Source: an uncultured delta proteobacterium (GTDB lineage Bacteria; Myxococcota_A; Polyangia; Palsa-1104). Taken from it: a DNA stretch of 64,000 bases. A model generated the notes under the pieces. That model was not told the origin of the DNA, searched no databases, and saw nothing but the letters and a program-made list of their open reading frames with translations. Positions 28,991 to 39,603 of the stretch are shown here, piece by piece. Each line of letters opens with the position of its first letter. Position 1 is the first letter of the stretch. Both the position numbers and the translations under genes were made by a program. Where the stretch lies: contig CAWAWS010000003.1 in the NCBI GenBank assembly GCA_963785725.1, positions 192,001-256,000 on the forward strand. The letters run 5' to 3'.

Positions 28991-29809
28991 ATCGACCTCC
29001 CATAGTTTCGCGTCCGCCGACGAGCTCGCCGGCGGACCTACGCCCGCGCCGATCGCTCGTCGACGCGCTGTGCGGCGCGGACGATCGATCGGACGGGTAC
29101 TACGGCGAGCGAGACGGTGCTGCCGTCATCGCCCACGCGTGCGGTCAAGCTACGACGACCGACCGAGCGCGCAGACGCGCGCGCTACGTCATTCGCATGC
29201 GCGCCAGTCCACTCCTGAGAGGCCGCGCGCGAGCCTGCTTACTTCGAACGACGAACAATGTTTCACTCGCGTAAATATCCGTCAAACATTTTTTGAAGCG
29301 CCGTTCAATATCAGTTATCCAGTGGAAACAACGCACTGCAGCGCATTTATCCAATCCTGAATATTCGCCGCATTCTGCGGAATTCGAACAAAGTATCGCG
29401 TCACGCGCGTCGAGTCGTGCAGCGTTGCGTCACGCTGATGTCGGCATCACCAAATCGTCGCTTCGGGTTCGATTTGCCGCCGATTCGAATGGGTTTTGAC
29501 GGCGAATAATCACCCGCCGGGCGCCGCCAGATCTACACGGCGCGATGGCGATTTACCGTCGAGAACGCGGGCTCGCCGGCGCTCGCACGAAGTCGGCGCG
29601 CCAGCGGCGGCGCCAGGGATCGACGGCCCTTCGATTGGCAATATCAAATGCATTTACTGCGACGGCGCATCGATAGCTTACGATCGTATTTGTCTCACTC
29701 ACGAGACAGCGCGACGAATCGATGTTCGAATCGCGCATTGGATCCGTCTGCGGCCGATCGAAGTCGGGTAACATGCGCGCGACGGCGGCCGTTTGTCGCC
29801 GAACGACAA

Positions 29810-30892
29810 ATGAAGCTTTATCGCGGAGCACTGTGGTTGGCGCTGCTGGCGGGAGGCTGCGATGCCGCGCTTTGTCGCGCCAAGACGCTCTATTTGACCG
29901 TCGATTATGCCGGCGGCGCCGCGTCGGCCGATGCGCTCGCCGTCGACGTCACCGTCGGCGGCATCGAGGCGCACTTCCTGCGACCGCGAACGCCGGGCCG
30001 CACGCGCGATACGCTCGAGGTCGACTTCTCGGCCTATCCGGCGCAGGCGACGGTGTTGGTGGCGGCGACGGCGATGAGCGGCGCGCAGTCGCTCGGCAGC
30101 GGGCAGACGACGGGCACGCTGGCGCCGAGCTGCACGGCGCTCGCGCTGACCTTATCGGCGGTCGCCGGCAGCGACGGCGGCGCGACGACGGGCGACGGCG
30201 ATACGACCGGTGATTTGAGCGCGCCGTTGAACATGACCGATTTGGCGTGGACGTCGGCGTCGTCGGATTTGGCCGGCGTCGACTTGGCGTCGACCGACAT
30301 GGCGACGTCGATCCCGGTCATCTCGTTCACCGGCGAGACCGACACCGAGCTGCACCCGAACGGCTCGAGCGGCACGCTGCCGTTCGATACGCACTGCACG
30401 GCGGGACAGGCCATCGTCGGCTTCGCCTTCGCCGTGTCGACGAGCAACGGCGTCACGACGGGCATCAACCGCGCCGACGCGCTCTGCGTGCAGCCGCTGT
30501 TGACGGCGAAAGCGGGCGGCGGCTTCACGGTGGCGTGGGATCCGAACCACGCGTCGCAGATTCCCGGCCTCGGCACCAGCGATCCGGTGACCATCCAGTA
30601 CTTGTGTCAGATGCCGAGCTTCCTCGTCGGCTTCGCCGGCCGCGCGACCGCGACGGCGCTCGAGGACATCGTCTACAGCTGCGCGCCCATCGAGGTCGCC
30701 GCCGACGACTCGGTCAGCTTGGGGACGACCGTCGACGGCACGAGCGGCGTCGGCAGCACGACCAACGGCACGGCGTTCGGCCCCGTCTATTGCCCGGCCG
30801 GACAGGTCGCGACGTCGGTCCTGTCCAGCGGGCAAACGGGCAGCCCGCCCGTCTCGTTCGGCTTCGGCTGCTCGGCGATGTCTGCGCACTGA
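29810..30892 (+). CDS. Lipoprotein with Ig-like N-domain and C-terminal three-repeat beta-prism-like domain
   Basis: AGGC lipobox; repeats CTAGQAIVGF, CQMPSFLVGF, CPAGQVATSV. Confidence 0.75.
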   Translation: MKLYRGALWLALLAGGCDAALCRAKTLYLTVDYAGGAASADALAVDVTVGGIEAHFLRPRTPGRTRDTLEVDFSAYPAQATVLVAATAMSGAQSLGSGQTTGTLAPSCTALALTLSAVAGSDGGATTGDGDTTGDLSAPLNMTDLAWTSASSDLAGVDLASTDMATSIPVISFTGETDTELHPNGSSGTLPFDTHCTAGQAIVGFAFAVSTSNGVTTGINRADALCVQPLLTAKAGGGFTVAWDPNHASQIPGLGTSDPVTIQYLCQMPSFLVGFAGRATATALEDIVYSCAPIEVAADDSVSLGTTVDGTSGVGSTTNGTAFGPVYCPAGQVATSVLSSGQTGSPPVSFGFGCSAMSAH

Positions 30893-30928
30893 TGGAAGCG
30901 AAGCGGATCGCGAGGTGAGCGCGGTCCA

Positions 30929-32762
30929 CTAAAGGTCGGGCTGATATCGCAAAATCGTTCCTTCGGCTCCGCCCACCCAGACGTTCCTTCCGTGGCAATA
31001 GACGCTCTGAAGATCGTTGGTCGTGGGCGCAGGACGGATCCGTTCACTCATCGCGCCGTGATGGCGGATCAGAGCTGCCGATTTCGTCGACCGTCCAGAC
31101 GTCGCCTGCTTCGTCGGTGCACAGGCCCTGCAATTTGAGCTTGATGTCTTCGGTGGAGCTCCAATGGGCGCCGTCCCAGTGCAGTAGCGCTCGATCGCCC
31201 GCGATCCAGACGTCATTGGCCGCGGTGCCGGTGATTGCTGACAGGTCACGTGCAACGTCGAGCGTGAACGGTCGCCAGGACCGGCCATCCCAATGGAAGA
31301 GGGCTCCGGCGTCGCCCACGAGCCAGATGTCGTCGGCGTTGTCGCCCCAGAATGCCGACAGGGTCTGTCTTACGTCGAGCTCGACGCGCGACCACGTGCC
31401 ATTGTGGCGACGCATCAGCAATCCTTGCTCTCCGGCCACCCACAGATCGTTACTCGTGCCCCAGATGGCTGCCAGTCTCACCTTCGTTTCGACAGATAAG
31501 GATTCCCAGCCGACACCATCCCAATGAAGGATGATTCCCTCGGTACCGCAGACCCACGTGTCGACGCCATTCGAATGAATGCCGAATAACGGCGTGTCGC
31601 TTGCGATCGACGTCTGCCAACGCCCGTTCTCCGAGCGCAAAACGAGGTCGTGCCCTTTGGGTAGTTTTTCGTCGCTCCAGCCGCGGGCGAGCGCCCACGC
31701 AGCCTCGGTCGCTCCGGTGATGGCCAGTATCTGCGGCCGCAGCGGCTGACCCCATTCGCTCCAGCGCGTGCCATCCCAATGAAGTATCGCGTCTCCTACG
31801 GCCCAGACATCGTTGCTCGTCGAGCCCCAGACAGCGCTCGAGGCGTGCGGCCGCCACGGCTGTCCGTAGGCGGTCCATCGATGTCCATCCCAGCGCCGAG
31901 GGCTGCAATCGTCGCCGACGAGCCATACGTCCGAAGCAGTGGCGGCCCAGGCGGCCCTGTAGGTCGCGGGCCGAAGCCCTTCTGCGCTGACGCGTCGAAG
32001 CCGACAGTTGGTGGGCTCGGTGCGTGCCCAGGAGCCGGTCCAACGCCTTATCAATTCCAGATCACCCGCGAAAAATAGTGAGTCTTCGCTCAGGCCGGCG
32101 ATCGCGAAAAACGATCGCCGTTCGGACGTGCCCATTGATGACCAGTGTTCTCCATTCCATCGAATGACGACGCCTTCATCGCCGGCAGCCCAAACTGTCT
32201 TGCCGCTCGCCCATACGGCGTTCAGCGACGCATCCGTCCCGGTGGAAATGCGCCGACAGCTGTCGTCGCGGCAACGAAAAGCGAGGCCATCGCCACCGAC
32301 GACCCATGCCGCCCCGCTGTCGTCCGCGGCGACCGAGCGGAGCGCGGCTGTCGTACCGATGGAAACGACAGACCAAGCATCCTTCGTTCGTCGTAGCAGG
32401 GTTCCATTCTTGCCGGCCGCCCAGACTTCGCCATTGCTGCTGGCAGCGAGCGAGAGAATCGTCGCCGGCGCGCTGCCGTCGAACGACCAGCGCTCTCCAT
32501 CCCAACGAAGGATCGTGCCGCCCTCGCCGGCGGCCCAGGCGCGAGCGGCTCCGCTTCCATTGACGGCGTGCAGCCAATCGCCCGTGGGCCGCGGATTTTC
32601 CCAGCACCAGCGACTCGGTAGGCATACCTCGTCGACGCCGCGGGAGTGTATGGCGACCGGAGCGTCGACGCGCTGAGCCGACTTCCGTTTGGAGCAGGCG
32701 CCAATCAGCGGCACCGACCCAGTCAGCAGCAGCACGAGACCGGTAAGCCCAATCGCTCGCAT
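30929..32762 (-). pseudogene. WD40/YVTN/BNR-like repeat lipoprotein with a frameshift near the 3' end
   Basis: Repeats VWAVG..G.ILHWDG..W; frame stops at 31044 but one more repeat (NDLQSVY..VWVGGAEGTILRY) continues in another frame to 30929. Confidence 0.75.
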
Positions 32763-32788
32763 GCGCCGACCCCGATTGTGCCGCGGGC

Positions 32789-34810
32789 CTAAGTCTTACT
32801 CGCGTGCAGCGCCGGCAATATCGGCGCCGACTCTTCGCTGCGCGAATCCGCCGGCGCCGTCGCCAAGATCTCCTGCACCCAGCGCGCGAGCTGCTTTTGC
32901 GTGGCCACCAAGCCTTCGCGCACGGCGATCTCCCCGAGCGCCTGCTCGAGCGCGTCGCAGCTGTCGAAGCGATATTCGGGGTCGTACGAGAGCGCGCGCA
33001 ACACCAGCGCCTCCAAGCCGTCGGGCAGGTCGGCGCGAAACTGCGCCAGCGGCGGCAGATGCGGCCAGCCGTCGGCGCCGAGCGTCCGCAGCCGCATGAT
33101 GTCGAGGTTGATGCGCGCGCCCGAGAGCAGCTGATACGCGGCCACGCCCACGCCGTAGACGTCGACGCGGCAATCGTACGGCAACGCCAGCCGCTGCTCG
33201 GGCGCCATATAGGCCATCGTGCCCTTGACCTCGCCGACCTCGGTCGTGAACGGGCGGAAGACGGCGTCGGTGTAGGCGATGCCGAAGTCGCTCACCTTGA
33301 CGACGCCGTTGCGACCGACGAGCACGTTGGCGAGCTTGACGTCGCGATGGATGATGCCGAGCGGCGCGCCGTCGCTGCCGCGCGCCTGATGGGCCGCGTG
33401 CAGGCCGTCGCAGACCGCGCGCAGGACGAGGATCACGAGCGGCAGCGGGATCGGCCGGCCCAGCATCGCCGCCGCTTCGTACAGCCGATGCAAGTCGGCG
33501 CCGTCGACGAACTCCATCGCGATGAACGTCGGCCCGACGCTCAAGTCGATGATCTCGATGACATTGGGATGCGTCAGCTGCGTCGCCAAACGCGCTTCGG
33601 CCACGAGGTAATCGACGATCGTCGGATTCTGCGCCAGGCTCTCCTTGATCACCTTGAGCGCGATCTGCTTCTCGAAGCCCGCCGGACCTTGCGCGCGCGC
33701 CAAGAACACGTCGGCCATGCCGCCCGAGCCGAGCAGCTTGACGATCGCGTAACGGCCGATGCGACGCGCGTTCGGCGCCGGCTCGGCCGCCACCTCGGTC
33801 GCGTCCGCCTCCAAGCCGGCGTCGGAGCTCGACGACGACGGCGGACGCGCGCGCGGCCGTTGGCTCGAGATCTTCTCGGCCGTCGCCACCTGCGAGTCGG
33901 GCGCGTCCGCTTCGTCGTCGATGGCCGTCGCCGGCTGCAGCGCCAAGTCGCGATCGGGCGCGACGCGATGATCGGTCGCCGTCACCTCCGGGCGGCGCGT
34001 CGACGCCGAGATCGGCCCGTCGCTCGGCACCGGCGCCGACGGGGCCCGGCTCGTCGGACGACGGCGCGCCAGCCCGAGCGCCGCCAAGAGCGACAGCGCG
34101 GACAGCGCCAGCCACAGCCAAAAGCGCAGCGGCGACGGGCGCGCCACCAGCAGCGTCACCGTCGTCGTGCCCAGTGTGCCGACCGCTTCGCGCGTCGCCG
34201 CCGCGTCGGCCTTGGGCTCGCCGATGAGCATGACGCGTTGGCCGCCGGCGTCGAGCCAGGCGACGGCGTGGGCGCGCGCCAGCGTCCGCCGCGCCTCGGT
34301 CAGCTCGACGCGCCGGCTCACGCGCAAGAGGCCGCCCAGCTTCTCGCTCTCTTCGCTCTGCGTCCGCTCGTGCACGGCGCGCACGTCGGTCACGAGCGGC
34401 CCGGCGGCGCCTTCGCGCAGGTAGACGCCGGCTTCGTCGGGCACGTCGAGCAGCGGCGCATCGGCAGGCACGTGCAAGAGCAGGCGCGGCGGCTGTCCGC
34501 GCATCAACTGCCGCACTTCGATCGACTCGTTGGCCAGCGGCTCCAGCTCGAGCTCGTGGCGCGTCAGGTCGCGCACCGTCGCCGCGTCGGTATAGACGAG
34601 CACGCCGAGGCGCGGCATCTCCGCCAAGGTCGACGCGCGCGTCTCGGCCAGCGCCGCCGCTTCGCGCAGCCGCACGCCGACGTCGCTGGCGAGCGCGTCC
34701 AAGTCGCCGTCGCCGAGCACCGGCGGCAGCACCAGCGCGCGCACCAGCGCCGTCGCGGCCAGCGCGCCCAACAGCGCGACGCCGAGCCAATGCCGCTTAG
34801 GTCGCGTCAC
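32789..34810 (-). CDS. Receptor-type Ser/Thr protein kinase (TM - extracytoplasmic domain - TM - kinase)
   Basis: GTG start overlapping upstream TGA; GSGGMA, ALK, HRDVKLAN, DFG, YMAPE. Confidence 0.9.
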   Translation of the reverse strand: MTRPKRHWLGVALLGALAATALVRALVLPPVLGDGDLDALASDVGVRLREAAALAETRASTLAEMPRLGVLVYTDAATVRDLTRHELELEPLANESIEVRQLMRGQPPRLLLHVPADAPLLDVPDEAGVYLREGAAGPLVTDVRAVHERTQSEESEKLGGLLRVSRRVELTEARRTLARAHAVAWLDAGGQRVMLIGEPKADAAATREAVGTLGTTTVTLLVARPSPLRFWLWLALSALSLLAALGLARRRPTSRAPSAPVPSDGPISASTRRPEVTATDHRVAPDRDLALQPATAIDDEADAPDSQVATAEKISSQRPRARPPSSSSSDAGLEADATEVAAEPAPNARRIGRYAIVKLLGSGGMADVFLARAQGPAGFEKQIALKVIKESLAQNPTIVDYLVAEARLATQLTHPNVIEIIDLSVGPTFIAMEFVDGADLHRLYEAAAMLGRPIPLPLVILVLRAVCDGLHAAHQARGSDGAPLGIIHRDVKLANVLVGRNGVVKVSDFGIAYTDAVFRPFTTEVGEVKGTMAYMAPEQRLALPYDCRVDVYGVGVAAYQLLSGARINLDIMRLRTLGADGWPHLPPLAQFRADLPDGLEALVLRALSYDPEYRFDSCDALEQALGEIAVREGLVATQKQLARWVQEILATAPADSRSEESAPILPALHASKT

Positions 34811-36216
34811 TGCGCGCGCGTGCCCCACGGGTTGCCGAACTTGTCGGTGCGCTTTGGCGACGCGCCGGCGCCGTCGACGTCGACCTTCACGTCGTTCTTG
34901 CCGGCGTGGATGACGAGGTCCGCTTCGCTCGTCTTGCCGCTGCGCTCGCTCCAGGCGCGCAATCTGTAACGGCCGGCGGGCAGCGCGCGAAAGCCGAAGT
35001 GCCCGCCGTCGGCGACGGTGGCATAAGGCGCGCTCACGACGGCGATGTACGCGCCCATGTTCTCGTGCACGTTGCACTCGACGCGCACGAGGCCGGCGTG
35101 ATCGAACGTGACGTCGCGCGACTGCCCGCTCTTGTAGACGCCGAGGTCGAACGACTTGGCCTCCGACGCCGAATAGACGTTGTGATAGACGGGATCGAAG
35201 TTGGGGAAGCTCACCGTCGAGCCCACCGGCACGACGAGCAGATGGGGCGCGAAGTCGCGACCGCGCTGCTCCATCGTGCGATGTTGCGGCGCGGGCGGAC
35301 GCGGCGTGCGCCCGTCGCTCGGCGTCAGCGTCACGTAGGCGAGGCCGGGCGCGGCGCCTTTGCCGGCCGTCAACGTCCCGCTCAGCGACGGGCGCGCCGG
35401 CTCGGCCGGGCGCGGCGGCGGCTCGTCGGACGCGGCGGCGGCGCCGAGCACGCGCGGCTGCGGCGGCTCGGCCGGCACGGCGACGACCGGCGTATGCACG
35501 CGCGGCGGCGCGCTCGTCCGATAGATCGGCTCCAGATCCGCCAACGCCTCGCTGCCGACGGCCAGCTCCGCCGCGTAAAACAGCTGGCCGGCCAAGGTCT
35601 GGCTGCCGCGCGCCCGCGCCGCGTCGGCGAGCTCGAGCAGCTTGGCGGCGTCGTGCAGATCCTGCGCCCGTCGCAGCGTGGCCGCGCCGGCGTCGCCCGT
35701 CGCCGGCCGCTCGGCGTGCGGCTCGACGATGTCGGCGCGCTGATGATCGCGCAAGGCCAAGAGCTGCTGCTGCAGATCGTCGGGGATGTGGCGCGCGGCC
35801 AGCGCCGCCCGGAAATCCTCGGTCAGCGCGTCATACTCGGCGTCGCTCACGCGCATGCCGAGATGGGCGGTGCGCATGTCTTGGCCCTTGTATTTGCAGG
35901 GCCCGCCCAGGCGCTCGCACACCTGATCGACCAACATCGCCTTGAAGTGTGCCACATCGCTGCGATCGAAGCGGTGGCGGACGCGCTCGTCCTGCAAGGC
36001 GCGACCGACGAAGTCGTCGACGAGCGTCGTGATGCCGGCCTTGCCGCCCAAGACGTCGTACAGCTTCTTGACGTCGACGGGCGCCGCCGGCGTTTGCGCC
36101 GCCGCCTCGCTGCCGCCGACGACCAAGGCGCCGGCGAGCGCCAGCGCGCGCCAAAGCGCACGCCGCGGCGGACGAGTGGGCGACGACGAGGTGACGATCG
36201 GAGACACTGCTCGCAT
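34807..36216 (-). CDS. Exported fusion: group 1 truncated hemoglobin + cupredoxin-like (MauL-type) domain
   Basis: Signal peptide; LYDVLGG, LGGPCKYKG, MRTAH globin motifs; FPNFDPVYHNVYS and CNVHENM copper-site motifs. Confidence 0.88.
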   Translation of the reverse strand: MRAVSPIVTSSSPTRPPRRALWRALALAGALVVGGSEAAAQTPAAPVDVKKLYDVLGGKAGITTLVDDFVGRALQDERVRHRFDRSDVAHFKAMLVDQVCERLGGPCKYKGQDMRTAHLGMRVSDAEYDALTEDFRAALAARHIPDDLQQQLLALRDHQRADIVEPHAERPATGDAGAATLRRAQDLHDAAKLLELADAARARGSQTLAGQLFYAAELAVGSEALADLEPIYRTSAPPRVHTPVVAVPAEPPQPRVLGAAAASDEPPPRPAEPARPSLSGTLTAGKGAAPGLAYVTLTPSDGRTPRPPAPQHRTMEQRGRDFAPHLLVVPVGSTVSFPNFDPVYHNVYSASEAKSFDLGVYKSGQSRDVTFDHAGLVRVECNVHENMGAYIAVVSAPYATVADGGHFGFRALPAGRYRLRAWSERSGKTSEADLVIHAGKNDVKVDVDGAGASPKRTDKFGNPWGTRAQ

Positions 36217-36267
36217 CTTACATGCGCGGCGCCGAAATCGCCCGCCGCCCCTGTCGATGGGGCCGCG

Positions 36268-37983
36268 TCAGCGTTTGCGCGGGCGCGGCAGCTTGTATTC
36301 GGCCAGCCGCGACACCAGCGTGCCGCGCGAGATACCGAGCAGCCGCGCGGCGTGCGTCTGATTGCCGGCGCAGCGCTCGAGCGCGTCCATGATGCGCGCG
36401 CGCTCGTCACTCTCGGCGGGCAATTCGGGCGCGGGCGGCGGCGCGGGCGGCGCCGGCCGCGCGAAGCCGGCGCTGAGCTTCTCCAGCGGCAGCTCGGCGA
36501 GCGTGACCACGCCGCCGACGCAGAGCAGCGCCGCGCGCTCCATCATATTGCGCAGCTCGCGAATGTTACCCGGCCAAATGTAACGCTTGAGCTGCGCCAG
36601 CGCGTCCGCCGCCAGCGTCGGCACCGGCCGGCCGAGCTCGGTCGCCGCGCGCGCCAAGAACAGCCGCGCCAAGGACTCGATCTCCGACGGTCGCTCACGC
36701 AAGGGCGGGATCGAGAGCGTCATGCCGTTCAAGCGATAATAGAGATCGGCGCGAAACGTCCCCAGCGCCGACTCGGCCTCGAGGTCGCGATTGGTGGCCG
36801 AGACGAAGCGGACGTCGATGGCGCGCGCCTTCAAGCCGCCGACGCGTGTCACCTTGCGCTCCTCGATGACGCGCAGAAGCTTGGCCTGCAAGCTGAGCGG
36901 CATTTCGCCCAATTCGTCGAGGAAAACGGTGCCGCCGTCGGCGGTCTCGAGCAGGCCCGGCTTGGCTTGCGTGGCGCCCGAGAACGAGCCTTTTTCGTGT
37001 CCGAAGAGCTCGCTTTCGAGGAGGCTCTCGGCCAGCGCCGCGCAGTTGAGGCGTAAAAAAGGCCGGTCGCGGCGCGGCGAGCGGCTGTGGATGAGGTCGG
37101 CGAGGATCTCCTTGCCGCAGCCGGTCTCGCCGAGCAGGAGCACGCTGATGGTGCCGGCGGCGGCGCGCGCGGCCAGCTCGTGCAGCGCCAGCATCGCCGG
37201 ATCGCGCACGACCACCGACGACGGCGCGGCCGAGTCCGGCGTGGCGCGCAGCTGCCGGCAGGCGTGCGCCATCAGCGCCTCGGGCGTGCGGCCGTCGCGC
37301 GGATAGGACGCCAGGCCCATCGTCGACGCCACGTGGCGCGCGCGCAGCCGCTCGGTCAGCCGCGCCGCCTCCTTGGCGTCGACACCGACGAGCAGCGCCT
37401 CGTATTCGCCCGGTCCATACGTGCCGACGGGGTGGTCGGGACCGAGCGTCTCGGCCAGCGCCGCGTGCAGCGGCCGGTCGTCGACGCCCGGCACGTCCGC
37501 CGCGCTCAGCCTGAGCACGGAGAACACGAGGTGGCCGCGGTCGGCGCGCGCGCACTCCTCCTCCAGCCGCGCCTCGAAGAAGTCGTGGCTGACGAGCCGG
37601 CGCGGGCGCTCCGACGGCGGGCGCGCCGAGGCCACGGCGACGACGGTGATGACGCCGACTTCGATGGACTCGCCCGGCAACACGACGCGCGGCTGACCGG
37701 GGACGAGCGGCTGCCCGCCGACGCGCGTGCCGTTGACGCTGCCCAAGTCCTCGATGGTGAGCGCGGCGCCGGTGCGGATGAGCGCGTGGCGGCGTGAGAT
37801 CGAGGGATCGTCGATGCTGATGGCGGCGTCGGTGCTGCGGCCGATGAGCGCCTCGCCGGCGAGCGGCAGGTGATGCGTCGCGAACAGCGCGTCGCCGAGG
37901 ACGTTGAGCGTGAAGCCGGCGCCGGCCGGACGGCCGCGAACGGGAGCGGTCAAGACTTCGTCGCCAGGTTTCCTGCGCGCCAT
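36268..37983 (-). CDS. Sigma54-dependent activator: FHA + degenerate GGDEF-like + AAA+ + Fis HTH
   Basis: IGRS..SISRRHA..DLGSVNGT FHA; GETGCGKE, ESELFGHEKGSFSGA, FLDE, RADLYYRL, WPGNIREL; NQTHAARLLGISR. Confidence 0.93.
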   Translation of the reverse strand: MARRKPGDEVLTAPVRGRPAGAGFTLNVLGDALFATHHLPLAGEALIGRSTDAAISIDDPSISRRHALIRTGAALTIEDLGSVNGTRVGGQPLVPGQPRVVLPGESIEVGVITVVAVASARPPSERPRRLVSHDFFEARLEEECARADRGHLVFSVLRLSAADVPGVDDRPLHAALAETLGPDHPVGTYGPGEYEALLVGVDAKEAARLTERLRARHVASTMGLASYPRDGRTPEALMAHACRQLRATPDSAAPSSVVVRDPAMLALHELAARAAAGTISVLLLGETGCGKEILADLIHSRSPRRDRPFLRLNCAALAESLLESELFGHEKGSFSGATQAKPGLLETADGGTVFLDELGEMPLSLQAKLLRVIEERKVTRVGGLKARAIDVRFVSATNRDLEAESALGTFRADLYYRLNGMTLSIPPLRERPSEIESLARLFLARAATELGRPVPTLAADALAQLKRYIWPGNIRELRNMMERAALLCVGGVVTLAELPLEKLSAGFARPAPPAPPPAPELPAESDERARIMDALERCAGNQTHAARLLGISRGTLVSRLAEYKLPRPRKR

Positions 37984-38046
37984 CGACGCTGCAGTATAGC
38001 GGCAGATCGCGCCGCGTCGCCCGGCAAGCGTCGACCGATGCGGCCG

Positions 38047-39603
38047 CTACGGCGTCGAACGCGCGAGAACGATCCAGGCCAGCGAGCCCAAGAGCGCGAT
38101 CACGGCCGCCAACGCCATGATGAGCCAGCGGCGCTCGAGCGGCGGCAGCGACGGGCGCGGCGCGTCATGCGGCGGCGAGACAGCGTGCACATCGGGCGCG
38201 GCGTGATGGCCGACGACCGTCGACGCGGCGTGGTAGGCGGCCGGCAGCTGCGCCGGCTGCACGTCGACGATCGTCTCCTCGGCATCATCGCCCGCGCCCA
38301 ACGCCGGATAGGTCGGCGCCGGCACCGACGCGCGCGTCGCTTCGCCGGCGAAGGCGCGCGCCTCTTCGCCCGTCAAGACCGGCACCGACGCCCGCGTCTC
38401 CTCGTCCGCCAGCGCCGTCTGCGTCGGCAGAGCCGGCGACGACGGCGACGACCGCGTCTTCGGCTCCGCCGACGACGGCGGCGACGACGGCGTCTTCTGC
38501 GTCTTCGGCTCTGACGTCAGCGCCCGCGACGACGGCGACGACGGTTGCGTCCGCGGCGCGGGCGTGGCCGGCGGCGCCGGCGTCCCGCCCTTCATTGCGC
38601 CGTCAGGCGAGGGCGAGGGACGGGGAGTCTTTAGCGGCGCCGGCATCGCGCGCCCGACCGGTCCCAGCTCCTGCAGAAACCGCCGCAGCGCCACCGCGTC
38701 GCCGCTCTGTTGTCGCGTCAGCTCGGCCAACGCCGCCCACAACGCGTCACAATCGGCGAAGCGCTGCTCGGGCCACGGCGCCAACATGCGCAAGACGAGC
38801 GCGTCCACCTCCGGCGGAATGCCGTCGACGCGCGTGCTCGGCGGCGCGACGTTGCCCTCGCGGATGAGCGACATCGTCTCGATCTCGGTCTTGCCGCGAT
38901 AGAGCCGATCGAGCGTCATGAGCTCGTAAAAGACGATGCCGAGCGCGAAGATGTCGCTGCGGCCGTCGAGCTCGCGACCTTCGCACTGCTCGGGCGACAA
39001 ATAGCTGAGCTTGCCTTTGAGCGAGCCGACGCTGGTGCGCGTCTGATCTTGGCGCAGCTTGTCGGTCACTTTGGCGATGCCGAAGTCGAGCAGCTTCACG
39101 CCGCCGAGCGCCGTCACCATGATGTTCGACGGGCTGACGTCGCGATGGACGATGCCGAGCGGCTGCCCGTCGTCGTCGGTGAGCGCGTGCGCATAGGCGA
39201 GCGCGCTGGCCACTTGGCTGACGATGTACGCGGCGACGCCGAGCGGCAGCCGCAGCTGCCGCTGCTTGCAGGCTTTGACGAGCGCGCTCAGGTCGCAGCC
39301 TTCGACGAGCTCCATCGCCAGGTAATATTCGCCGTCGACCTCGCCGAACTCGTGCACCTGCACGATGCCGGGATGACGCAGCCGCGCCGACAAGCGCGCC
39401 TCGGTCGCCAACATGCGCGCGAAGCTCGGATGGTACGAATGCTCGCGCAAGATGCGCTTGATGACGATCTCGCGCTCGAAGCCCTTGGGCCCGTCGACGA
39501 CGGCGCGCGTCACCACCGCCATGCCGCCCGCGCCCAGCTCCTCGAGCAGACGATAGCGCCCGAACTTCGACTCCTGCGGATTCGACTCCCGCCCATGGAC
39601 CAT
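38047..39603 (-). CDS. Ser/Thr protein kinase with Pro-rich linker and C-terminal TM
   Basis: GAGGMA, HRDVSPSN, DFG, YLSPE. Confidence 0.93.
   Translation of the reverse strand: MVHGRESNPQESKFGRYRLLEELGAGGMAVVTRAVVDGPKGFEREIVIKRILREHSYHPSFARMLATEARLSARLRHPGIVQVHEFGEVDGEYYLAMELVEGCDLSALVKACKQRQLRLPLGVAAYIVSQVASALAYAHALTDDDGQPLGIVHRDVSPSNIMVTALGGVKLLDFGIAKVTDKLRQDQTRTSVGSLKGKLSYLSPEQCEGRELDGRSDIFALGIVFYELMTLDRLYRGKTEIETMSLIREGNVAPPSTRVDGIPPEVDALVLRMLAPWPEQRFADCDALWAALAELTRQQSGDAVALRRFLQELGPVGRAMPAPLKTPRPSPSPDGAMKGGTPAPPATPAPRTQPSSPSSRALTSEPKTQKTPSSPPSSAEPKTRSSPSSPALPTQTALADEETRASVPVLTGEEARAFAGEATRASVPAPTYPALGAGDDAEETIVDVQPAQLPAAYHAASTVVGHHAAPDVHAVSPPHDAPRPSLPPLERRWLIMALAAVIALLGSLAWIVLARSTP

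Noticed and set aside
29293..29308. TTGAA-N6-TTCAA as an FNR site
   Set aside because: Spacing and half-sites differ from TTGAT-N4-ATCAA; single short palindrome
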